From: Tubulanus polymorphus
Lineage: Eukaryota; Animalia; Nemertea
Length of the DNA: 64,000 bases
Assembly: GCF_964204645.1 (NCBI RefSeq)
Contig: NC_134027.1
Coordinates: forward strand, 27,490,560-27,554,559
Reading direction: 5' to 3'
The position numbers were made by a program, and so were the translations under genes. The stretch's first letter is position 1. Each line of letters opens with the position of its first letter. A model generated the notes under the pieces. The model ran no database searches, was not told the origin of the DNA, and saw only the letters and a program-made list of their open reading frames with translations. Of this stretch, positions 13,049 to 25,900 are shown one piece after another.

Positions 13049-13954
13049 TAGTTCTGTCAAAAGTTTGTCGAAGTTCCGTCTCTAGTATTTTACAATCAAA
13101 AATATGATGATTACGGATGGACTGTGACTCTCACATTGGATATAAACTGTTAAATAGGTGGGTTATAAACTGTAGATCGTCGTGAATTCGATCAAGTTTC
13201 AGATTCTCGCGTGAATACAACATAAAACACCCATCACTAATGTAAACAAACTAGTTTTTTAGTTCAGCCACTGAACGCTAGGTGGCCAGCCTAAGTTTAT
13301 TAAAGATCTTTCACAGAGTTCTCGGTTCTCAGCACATCCAAATATCGTGGTATAGTTTCAGTGAATGGAAAACATTTCTGAAAATAGGTAAAATGTCAAT
13401 GAAATGTGCAATCACCTCCCTCACAGACTGCCCCAGACCCAAAGAATGTTCTTCTTCAAGACTGGTCCCCCGCCCGCCCACGCTAGTCAAGTCAGTAACC
13501 TGTCTCTAGTTTAGTTTCACGATCGGATATTTTCACTAAGCTTATCTGATTATAAAAAGCTTACTACCAACATTTAGGTAACTAACTACCCGCCCACCTT
13601 CCCACACACAACAGGCACCTTTTTGACGATGTTCAACCCCGACCCTGCAGCGACTGTAATTTAGTCTTTTAGTCTCCTACAAATCAGAATTCAAAATCAA
13701 GATGATATGAATAAACAAAACCAACCATAACCATTTAAAAGTTCATTAGCACCGAAAGGTGACCCCGCTAAATTGCAGGGGCTGCAGTTGCTGAAAAATT
13801 GGTTAGAGATAATCAGCGGACAGATACCCTAGAAACAATGAACTTTTAACTTTGTCATTATGTCAACTATGCATTGGTTATCTGTAGCCACTTTTGAGCA
13901 ACTGACCCCAGCAGTCTTAACCCTGTATTTATAGATAGAACTCTAGAACAGAGA

Positions 13955-16900
13955 ATGCCATTTGTCAATGAGATGATGACAGATACAGATGTATACCCAG
14001 TCCGTGATGGGGGCTCGGGAGCGAACCGTAAGAGACCACGAGTTACTAATAGCAACGTCGAAGATCCAGGTAAAATATACAATAAATTCAAATCAATCGT
14101 TTTTAATTACTGTAATCTCAATTCATCAGATATAAACGTTGTATTTTGTAGACGCAGCAGCGCAGAGAGCGGCGCATCAGAGACAAACCATCGCACGGTG
14201 GACCCGTGAAGATTTAGAGGATAAATTCCTTCGAATGTCGGAAGAAAATCTGATTCTGAAAAAACACGCGAGAAAACAAGAGGAGAAAATTAAAAAGTAT
14301 GAAAATAATGTGAATTAGTGGCGCCATCGAGGGGTGGATTTTAACGGGAGCGAGTCCGCCGCCCCTGGGTCGGTCAATCTCTACCGCTGTGAAACTGTAT
14401 TTATCATCGTTTAATTTGAAATTTAAATATTTCCGTAGAATGGCGACGAAAATGCTGCGTTTAGTAAGCGATAAGAAAAAATCTGAAAAAGAAAATGGAG
14501 GTAAATTTGGAGGTTATTGATGTGAAATTATTTAAATCTCGTTGTGGTGAAATAGAATTAAATGATCGTGTTATTTATAGTTCACAAACCACGAGACGTT
14601 GAAACTGAAGAAATGCTTGAAGATTTACACGGAAAAATACGTGAATTAGAAAGAGTTAATCATCAACTTAAAGATAAGGTAAAAATCTACCACTTGCACA
14701 GTTCTCTGGTCAGTTGCACAGTTCTCTGGTCAGTTGCACAGTTCTCTGGTCAGTTGCACAGTTCTCTGGTCAGTTGCACAGTTCTCAACTCAGTTGCACA
14801 GTTCTCTGGTCAGTTGCACAGTTGTCTGCTCAGTTGCACAGTTCTCAACTCAGTTGCACAGTTGTCTGCTCAGTTGCACAGTTCTCAACTCAGTTGCACA
14901 GTTCTCAACTCAGTTGCACAGTTCTCTGGTCAGTAGCACAGTTCTCAACTCAGTTGCACAGTTCTCAACTCAGTTTCACAGTTCTCTGGTCAGTTGCACA
15001 GTTCTCTGGTCAGTAGCACAGTTCTCAACTCAGTTGCACAGTTCTCAACTCAGTTTCACAGTTCTCTGGTCAGTTGCACAGTTCTCTGGTCAGTTGCACA
15101 GTTCTCAACTCAGTTCTGAGCAGCAGCTGTGGAGCCCAGTCCACAGTTCTCAACTCAGTTCCTCAACTGGATCTTGCTGTTAGTGTATTATAACTCTTAA
15201 CAGTTGACTATTTGAAATTACTGTGATCATCTTTTAAATTGCAACAATAAAGAACTGTTAATTTACATCATTAGCTCATGGTAACCAAGCAACAGTTAGT
15301 AACTTCAGGCAGTCGTCAGATAGCGTACCCTCACGTACCTGCCAGAATCAATACCGTAAGTTGAGTTCGATCATTGTTTTCATTTGTTACAGCAAAATAT
15401 CCGATATTATCTCTAAAAATATATATATCGAAAAACAGGGTCTGAAACATCAGGATCAGAAAGTGAGTAAAAACATGCGAGTAGCGGGACCAGCGCCACC
15501 TAGGGACACGGGGAGACGTTCACCGACGTTACCGAGATACGGTCATAGTTTACTAGAGGAAACACGAATTGAAAATAAACAACTGTAAGTTTAAAATAAA
15601 TTCCTTTTATTCTGTTGATTCAATTTGATTCATTGTGAATCAATGATCACCAGGTTTACTATAACTGTTTATCTTACTTTGTAGTGAAAGAGTGATTGAA
15701 CAGTTGAACGAACAAATCAATATTGATGAACAGGACATAGAAATGCTTAAAGAACAGGTAGATAATTAGATATCGATATTGTTGATACCGTCCTGAACTC
15801 TGAGTATCAGGATACAGAATATCATGATACTGATCTATAATCGATTAAAAACAAATCTTAAAGACTGAATTTTAAAAGACATTTTAATTTTAGTTTCACT
15901 TGTAATTTCATCACGTAATCAATGTCCACAAAAGCCGTTTACAGCCATTTTGGATTGAGATGCTTTATAAACTCTGATAATCTGTGACCAATGTTGTTAT
16001 TTAGTTACGAATTCGTGAAGCCGAATATGAAGAAGATTTACTGAAAATAAAACAACAAGCGACTCAAGGTCAACGTACTATGATTCAAGAGAACGTCGAT
16101 ATGATTCGAGTTCAGAGGGAGGTCAAAGAGAAATCGACGCAATTAACAGCTTTACAATCTCGTTATACCGCTCTAGAAGAGGTGCGTTCATTTGGACCGG
16201 TTCCCTGTATCGATTTTAGACTGGTTCCCTGTGTATTATAGATATTTTTTATTGTTCGATTATAGAAATTGCACACGATTAAAACGAGTCATGATCAAGT
16301 TTTACGAGAAATGGATCATTTAAATCATCAGTTAAAACAGGAACAAAATCGAACTCTTTCTTTACAAAACGAAATGAAACAAGGTTCGACGCAACAAAGA
16401 ACGCTGTTGGAATTCGAAGAACAAATCGATGCTTTGAAGAAAGAGAACGATATTCTGAAGGAAGCGAATGAGAAGTTGGTCAGCAGGTTCGTTCATTTAC
16501 ATCTTACGTTTTAACAAATACTCTTGTAAAATTAGACTGATGGATGATATTTAATCCCAGGGCCCAGTTGCACAGTCGTGAAATGGTCTTTAATCTTAAG
16601 ACTGGTTTTAAGTTGTTAGATTGGTTATAGAACTAAGTTGGTCTTAGACTGGTCTTAAGTCTTAGCCATGACTATGCAACTGGCTCCAGCACATTAAGAA
16701 TAAAAATAATTCTGAAAAGTTTCCTTGAGCTACTGAACTAAGTATTCATCTTAAATTCATCTTCAGGAATAAATTCCTTCTATATTAGCTTGATGACAAG
16801 AAAAGTTTTTCATCAATGGTTACTAGAACCATACTATTCTTCTTGGTGTATGTGGGTTTCCATTTTACCACGTATTTTACTCATACAATCTCATAGAATC

Positions 16901-19900
16901 TTGTCACGTTAATGAAGTCCTCTGGAATTTTGAGTCTCAATTTATATTTACAATTCAATTTACTAAATGTACATGATCATCACTTAGATCAGTAATATGT
17001 ATAGTGAAGCAGTAGTTTCAGTATAGGATGTTGATGTTATATTCTGTAGTGCGTTTGATTTGGAACGTGAACAGGAATGGAGACGTCGCGAACACACGTT
17101 AAAGGTTCAAATAGCGCAGTTAGAGGCTACGTTGAAGGCAGACGTCGGTGAAAAAGGAGGAATTCTCGATCGTTTAACGGATGAACGAGGTTAGACGAGG
17201 AAGAACAAACTATTCATCATCATCCTATACAATAACCCTAAATACAGGGTCTGCAGTTGGAGCTTACCAGTGGATAGTTGACATACTGACAATTAAAAGT
17301 TCATCGTTACGACAGTATTTATTGACTGGTTATCTTAAACCAACTTTAGAGCAACTGCAGGCCCTGGATTCAACTCATTATAACTGATCTAACTGTGAAT
17401 TAACTCATAAAAAAAACAAACAGATTTTAGAAATGAATATTTTTGTTTTGTAGAATCGAGAGAAAAAGCTGAGAAAGAATTCAGTGAAATTCAAGTGAAA
17501 TATTTCGAGATGAAAGAAGAATTGGATGAAATGAAAGAGAAAATGGCTTTCTTTTCTAAAGTAAGTATAAAACTGTGCAATATAGAGAGAGACAGACAGA
17601 CGGAACAGACAGCCACAGACAGACAGATAGATAGAACAGACAGACGGACAGGTAGACAGACAGACAGAACAGACAGGTAGAAAGAAAGAAAGATGAACAG
17701 TGTGTTTGATATCTGTTGTATGTGATATTGTTACAGGAAAGTGCTATTGATTTCACTGAGATCGAAGAAGCTTTGATGATTGTAAAACAAAAACGTGAAA
17801 AAGGAGATCAACAATTAGAATTTCTTCAGAAAGTTGATTCAGAGAAAGATAAAGGTAAAGAGACCGGAGAGGGAACCAGGCGGGGAGGGACCGTACGGGG
17901 GAACTGTTCTAGTGTTCATATAAACTGAATGTTTGCTCTATTTGTACAGATTTACAGAAATCGATGACTCATCTTCAAGCTGAATATGCAGAAACTATCA
18001 ACGAACTGGAAAAAACTAGAAATATGTTAATAGTACAACATAAAATCAATAAAGATTATCAAACAGAGGTATGGTATTGTAATTAGGGGTCGTTTAACCT
18101 CCAGCTGAGGGAACTATGTGGTCAAGTTTTTCCGAAACCGTTTGTACATGATGTTATTTTGAACGAATATTTTAAGGTCGATGCCGTTACTAAGAAAATG
18201 GACGAAAATAAACAAGAATTTGACGGTAAATTAGATGAATACGCGAGATTACTGGATATCAGAGCTGCAAGAATCAAGGTTAGAATCGAGCAGCCTCTCC
18301 CTCATGCAGAGGAATTGTTGATATGATTATACACGGTTATTTGTTGATATTTTGTAGAAATTAGAAGCTCAATTGAAAGATGTCGCTTACGGTACAAGAC
18401 AATATAAAATACGTGAGACAACTGAACTGGAAGAGGTAACTATTCATTCTCAATTCATTCATTCATTAAATCACATAGGAATTAATCAATTCAAGTGTAA
18501 TTAATGATTTTACAGCTTGAATTTGAGGAGTTTGATGAATCAGTTCATCTTGAACGCGGTCAAAATCTATTTGAGATTCACATCTCGAAGGTAAGCAGAT
18601 AAATGGGCTGAACTAGGGCAGTGTTTTGGCTTAATGATAGGGAGGGGAAATAGATATTTTAAAGAACACCATTTGTATCCAGGACCTGGTGAGCTACTAA
18701 AACAAGGTCCAGGGGCCGGTCGCATAGTCATGACTTAGACTTAAGACCGGTCTAAGGCTATCTTAGTTTGTATAGCTAATCTAACAGCCTAAGACCAGTC
18801 TTGGACTTAAGTCTTGACTATGACTCGACTCGGCCCCAGTAAGAAGGTTACTAGAAATTCTAGAAAAACTGCAAATATCCATCACTGGATTAATCGTTGT
18901 ATCATGTAAAGTGACACCAGTTGAATTGAGAGTTCTATATTTAGGTTTTATTGTCCGATGAAGGATTACGTGCGCTCGGAGATGAAGAGCCCTCTATATT
19001 CTGTACGTGGGAATTCTACGAGTTTGAAATTCAATCGACTACGATTAAAAAAGGAGCTCGACCCGAAATAAACTTCACTTCTCAGTACATCGTGAAAGTT
19101 GATGACTTTTTCCTACATCACATACAGAAGGTACGTTATAAACATTAGTGAAACGCTCTCCGAGTCCGTGTTGTAAAGATTATATCCAAAAACCTCTAAT
19201 ATGAAAGAAAATATCCAAAATGTTTCCTTTAGCTAGTTGTAGTTTATTCAATGTTTCGACTTTATTCTAATAGTTATCTTCAGTTCAGGAATACAGTTTT
19301 CTTGAATATGACTATCTGGATAAATTCAAAACATTCAATAAACTTTAGCTCAAGGAAATATTTTGGATTCTACTTTTCATTCTTAGTGTAGAACTTTATA
19401 GAAGGATTTCTCAAGTGTAAAAAGTGTTGTTTTGAATTTTGTATCTAGGAATCGACAACGATAGAAGTGCATCACGCGTTAGGTACTGATTATAGAACAG
19501 TTGCTGCTGGGCAACTGAAATTCAGAGATATTATTGATAAACCTCAATCGCGTATACAAGGAACGGCACAATTAACTGGTTCGTATCCTATACAATGATT
19601 CATACAGTCACAATTACTGATCAATATTATACTGGACTCGGTTCCACAGTTGTGAGTTAAAATTAGTTCATTTTCAATGAATTAACTCAGAGTCAAATCT
19701 TAACTCACAACTGTGGAACTGGATCTAGAACTGTACCCAGTTCCACAGTCCTGGATCCAGGACTGTGGAACTGGATGTTGTATATAGTGCGTATATGATA
19801 TGTAGGTGTTGGTGAAGGAGGTGCAGGTGTTGATTACGGCACCGTTGAATTCTGGGTTAGATTAAGAGTTCCTATGGATCAAGCTCTCAGATTGTATAAG

Positions 19901-22900
19901 GTTAGTATATATGTAATATCACCTACCATTTAAATAATCAGAAACTGATGAATTTCAAAAGTATTCCCGGGTATGACTATGTGGCTACATCTACGAAATT
20001 GGGCCAAGGAGAGGAGCCATAGCTTCATCTGTTTGACTTCGCACCTAACCCATCCTTAGTGGATTGTTGTTGAAATATTTTTGTAACAAAATTGTGATAA
20101 AGTTATGATAAATGCCTACCCCGGTAGATGGTTACAATATTTTGGTGTCTTTATCAATAATTATTCAGTTAAAATATCATTAGCCCGTTCAATATTCAAT
20201 AGTTTCTAAACTTCTGACTAAGAAAACTTCTTCATGTTACAATAGTGAAACACGAGTATTTCCAGAATAAGAAACCCAATCAAACAGAGGATGGTTTATT
20301 AAATCAAGTTCATATTTATTTCAGGAAAGAACTAAAGCTCTCGGTTATCTAACGAGTAATCAGCAGCAGCAGCAGCTGATTGACAGCAAGCAGCAGACGG
20401 CGTTGGATGAAACGGCGAATCAACGTCCGGAGGATGGAGTTAATCAACTACATATAAATGTAATCCGTTGTCGAGACGTTAGAGCTCGTCGAGAGGCGAT
20501 GCAACCCTCTCCTTACGCTGTTTATAAATTCTTTGATTATAACGATCATGACACGGCTATCGTAGACAGTAGTTATTCACCGGAATTCAACGATCAGAGA
20601 ACTTACCCCGTACCGATGACTCTTCAACTCGATAAATATCTCAAATCACAAGTAAGATTTCACTACAGTTGAACAGTGGAACCTCATTACTACCTCGATT
20701 TATTCAATTTTATTATGTATTCTATTGGGAAAGTATCATCTCAGGGTGTAAGAGTAAAGATATCCTTCTAGTTAAAGTTAGGTGCTGCTCCCAGTCCAAG
20801 CTTTCTTTTCAAGAAAAAACACTGGAACGAATTGAATTAAAACATATTCTAATGTTGAAATAAGAAATTTCTTGAAATCTGTCGGGATAATTCCAACAAA
20901 ATATCTGGCACCCTATATATCGGGATATTGCCATTATCAAGCCTAGACTTTCAGGGCAAAAGAGACCTGTATGAAATTGGGTACATCTTTGGATGAAATT
21001 CTAACATTGTTTTATCAGATTAATAGTTACATCTGTACTTCATCATGATGAGGTTCCACTGTAAAGAAGTTTTAATTTGAGGCTTTTGTTTAAGCATTAT
21101 CTATTGATATATTATTGATTTGAATTGCAGAGTTTGGAGGTTTATATATTCGATGACACAGATCCGGATGAGACTAGTTTCCTCGGAGTCGCTCGCGTCC
21201 CTCTTTTACCTCTCGCTCATGATAAAGCAATACGTGGAACGTTTGAATTAAAATCTGTGAGTTCAACTTTTCATCTTTATACAATCATTTTACAGTTAAA
21301 CATTGTAGTCTGACGTTGAGAGAAATCTACAATATCGATTTAAACTGTTATCGTTTTTGTCTCATATTACCGGCAGAATCATTACACTCATCTTCAGAGT
21401 TTATTTGAAAACTTGATTCAATTTTCAAATAAACTCTGAGGATGGATGGAAGGATTCCACCTGAAACATGAGAAAAAAACAATACTTGTCATTTGAATTG
21501 ATGGTGTGGTTTTATCTTAATGATATCAACTCATAGTTTAACTCAGACACAGCCAATTGGACTTATAACTTACTCAAACAAAAATTAGATAATTTTCTGA
21601 CTTGCTGATATATTTTTTGATAAACTGAGACCGATTCATTTGATCCTAGTTTGAGTTTGGAAAGGTTTACTGTATCTTTATTTCGACTAGATGATTCAAT
21701 GAACCCGATTGAATGTGTGATTATTTTCAGCCGGATGGTTCTACAAATGGAACTATTGATATACAGTTGAACTGGCAATATCAATACCTACCGCCACGAG
21801 GGTCAACTAGAACTCCATCTCAGAAATTATCAATGCCCGACGATAAGCCTGAGCCGACACCTCTGATGCCGGGTGAAGATTTGAACCGTCCACCGAGTCC
21901 ACCTATAGTTCCTCGTCATTCCAGTACTCCTGTAGTAGTTCGAGCTAAGAGTAAACCGGTTGTAACGCGAGAATCATTGGAGACATTCCAGGATTTATTA
22001 CAACCCGTTCCGAAGGTTCGTTTGTTTTCACAATCTCTCGTTTCACTCAAATCTGAACTGTATTTGTTACAGTTTTCGTTGTCGCGTGTTTTTCAGGAGG
22101 AAATGGAGAAAATAATGATGAGACCGAATACAACAGAGAATGAAGAAATAACTGAATCAATAGTAGCTGTAAAAGCACCTGCGAAAGCAGCTGCAGCTGC
22201 AGCCGTAAGTCATCGATACAATCAAATTTGGTTATGTCATCATTTGGATAAGTCATCACATGACTGAAGTCTTCTCTAGTTTTGAGTCTCAATTTGCATT
22301 TCTAATTCAATTTACTAAGTGTAAGTCATCATTTGGAGAAGTCGTCACTTTACTGAAGTCTTCTCTTTGTTTGAGTCTCAATTTGTATTTCTAATTCAAT
22401 TTACTGAGTGAAATTCATCATTTGGAGAAGTTGTCAATGTAATGTTCATCACAACTACAACAACAAATTGAACAGCTGCAAGTTTCACCACAGTGTAATT
22501 TATAAGGTGTAAGTTTTACTGAAAATCTCGAGATATTTTTTGTTTAGATGTTTTTCGAAGAAGAACAACAAAGACAAACTCCAGATATTCATGTGAGTCA
22601 TGTGGATGAGGAGACAGTTCATACAGCTCCTATAGAACCACCTCAATCAGTGGAACACGGTAAGTGACTTACTGTGCATCATTCGCTTCATCTAACCTCG
22701 GAGTTATCAGTCTGATTACTCCAACATCTAACCTCACAGTTATCAGTCTGATTACTCCAACATCTAACCTCGGAGTTATCAGTCTGATTACTCCAACATC
22801 TAACCTCACAGTTATCAGTCTGATTACTCCAACATCTAACCTCACAGTTATCAGTCTGATTACTCCAACATCTAACCTCAGAGTTATCAGTCTGATTACT

Positions 22901-25900
22901 CAAACATCTTACCTCGGAGTTATCAGTCTGATTACTCCAACATCTAACCTCGGAGTTATCAGTCTGATTACTCCAACATCTAACCTCGGAGTTATCAGTC
23001 TGATTACTCCAACATCTAACCTCGGAGTTATCAGTCTGATTACTCCAACATCTAAGATTATAGATCATAGATTTCTATATAACTGCTCATATAAGAATGT
23101 CACGATAAGGGAAATGAAAATCAGAATCAGAAATGTTTCCTAGCTGAAGTTTATTCAATGTTCCATGTAATCATCTTCGGGAATACTGAATTTGTAAAGA
23201 TGAATACAGTACATGTACTAGGACATAATCAAGGAAACATTTCAGACTCTTTTCATTCTGAGTCTGGGATTTCATATTATCTTTACAACGCAGACTCTTA
23301 AAAGTGTTTCATCAATGGTTTAGATACATACCGTGTATAACCGTCTGCTTATACAGCTTTTGCTTCACTATCTGTCTAATAGGTGGCAGTAAAGCGGCGC
23401 TAATTGCTAGAAAAGCTTCAGGTGTAGGAGATATTATAGATGATGAAGACGATGGTAAGAGATCAATAATGTGTTCAGTTATATCCACGGTTACCTGATA
23501 TTCAAATACTTGCGCCTTCTGCCGAGAAATATTTAACACTTATTTTTGCTGTGTTTGTAATTAACTATTTCTAATTAATGATTGTTTGAGTTGAATTATC
23601 TATCAATTGATTGAAAGATTATTTCAAGTTCCACGGTTCTGAACCTAGCTCGATCCACAGTTCTGCATCCAGTTCCACAGTTCTGAACCCAGTTCCACAG
23701 TTCTGAACCCAGTTCCACCTTTCTGGAATCAGTTCCACGGTTCTGTACCCTGTCCCACAGTTCTGGAGTCAGGATCCAGGTCTGAGTTGAGTTTGAGTGG
23801 GGTTAAAAGTGTTATTTAAAGCTGGAGTCTGATTGAAACCAAGTATTGTGGAACCAGGTTCTAGATTTAGATACAAGTTCAGATTATCTCTATTTGTTTA
23901 ACTAATTAATTTGTTTAATTAAAAGCTAACAATTGGTTGAACTGAAGTTTCTTGTACAGTTTTTATATTAACTAAGTAATATGGTTTACAGATGTGATAA
24001 GACCAGTTGTTCCGACCCCACAAGTTCGTTCCGGCAAATCAACATCTCTAATACACAGACAAACAGGTGCTGATTTTAAATAGTTTATTGTGGATGTGTT
24101 GCATGGCCTATAATCACTGTACATAGTCAATATCCTGATGAATCAGTTGAGAATCGCAAAATCCGTGACGAGACTCGATGAGTTAAAAAATCCCACAATG
24201 TGTAAACGATTCTAAAAAGTTGATTTAGAAAATTATTAGAAATATTTCGGTGGTTCCTACCACCCCTCTTCAGTATAAAAGATGTGATTCTAGACTGAAC
24301 CAATATTTCTAATAATTTTTAAAATAAATTTTTTAGATTTGTTCACACTTTGTGGGATTTTTTACTCATAGTCATTATCCATTAGTTCACACTGGTCTAC
24401 GTCACGTAGTTAACATCGTAAACTGCATGGATTCTGGTTTATATTTATCCTCCAATCGTTAATCAATCATGGATTTATATTTTATGATTTTCTATTAATT
24501 GAAATCGTTTATGGAAATATTGATTTTTATTCATGAAAACAGTTTTTTGTTTTCAAACTGTATTTCACGTATTTATTGTAAGATGTAATATGAATATTTA
24601 GAATAGAAAATGCTTTTATTGTTTAGCCGTTCATGAGGAAGAAATGCCATCACCTCGACAACACGATGACATTCCTGCTGACACTGCTGCTGCTGCTGAT
24701 GATGATGATCAAGATTTATTGAAAGCTAAAAATGTTCTAAGAAAAGCTTTGATTCGCAAACGAGAAACAAAATCAACTGGTAATGAATGATTGTATATTT
24801 CTGATCCGGATAGGAGGGAGGAGGGAGGAGAGGGTAGGAGGGAGGAGAGGGTAGGCGGAGGGGAGATGAGTTTACCTAGGTCACCAGGAATAGATTCAAA
24901 TATCGATATATTTCTATTTTACTGATATTTAGCTGAACTAGACGACACTCGGGTAACTGATGCAGATATAAGTGAACAATCGTCACAACTGACATCAGGT
25001 GATCTATTTATAAATTAATACAGTCACTACTGCTGAAGTCGTCTTAGTTGAGAATGAGATGATCATTAATTATGATCCAAATGATTGACTAATTCTTGGT
25101 AAATTGAATTGCAAATACAAATTTAGAAACTACTTCAGTAGAATGTGACGATTTCACAGAGTTTTTCCGTGTAACTAAAATGAAAACTATCTATTAACAT
25201 CAGTATCTATATGAATATATAGGCACCGAACACAACTGAATCATTCACAGTTTAAAGCCGATCAATGTCTCTAACTCCTGCTTTATTTGCTTTATATGTT
25301 GTTTATTTGTAATTCTAAAATTTTATACGAAATAATGATTGAATAATAGACGAAACAGTTATATAACCTGTTACCGCGGCAATAGAGGATACAACAGAGA
25401 TTACTGACGCAGAAATGGACGAAGAAAAGTCACTTTTCTTTGCGAGGTTGATGTGGCGGCAAAGACGGGGGTAGTGAAGAACACAATTAATACAAATAAT
25501 ATTTCTATTAATTCCAGGTGGTTTACAGATCTGGACCCAGTTCCACAGTCGTGAGTTAGAGTAAACTCTTGAGTTAAAGTTAGTTCATTTTCAATGTTTT
25601 AACCCAGGGTCAAATCTTAACTCAGAACTGTGGAACTGGACCCTGTGTGTGTGTGTGTGTGTCAAAAATCTGTACAGGAATTAACATTTTATAACACATT
25701 GCATGTTTCCATTTATAGTAGACTGCACGCTTTCCTCATGGGACCAAACAATATTCTGTGGGATGGATTATTATCACATGCTATGACACACACTGGGCAC
25801 GTGAGGAGCCCCTCAGTCTACTATATATGAATTATTACTATTTGTTTGTGTCAGTTTCTAACTTGTATTCGATATTAATAACACAAAATATTTAAATATT

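Noticed and set aside
12900-13955. RFX X-box expected in a ciliary gene promoter
   Set aside because: No convincing GTNRCC-N-RGYAAC match was found.
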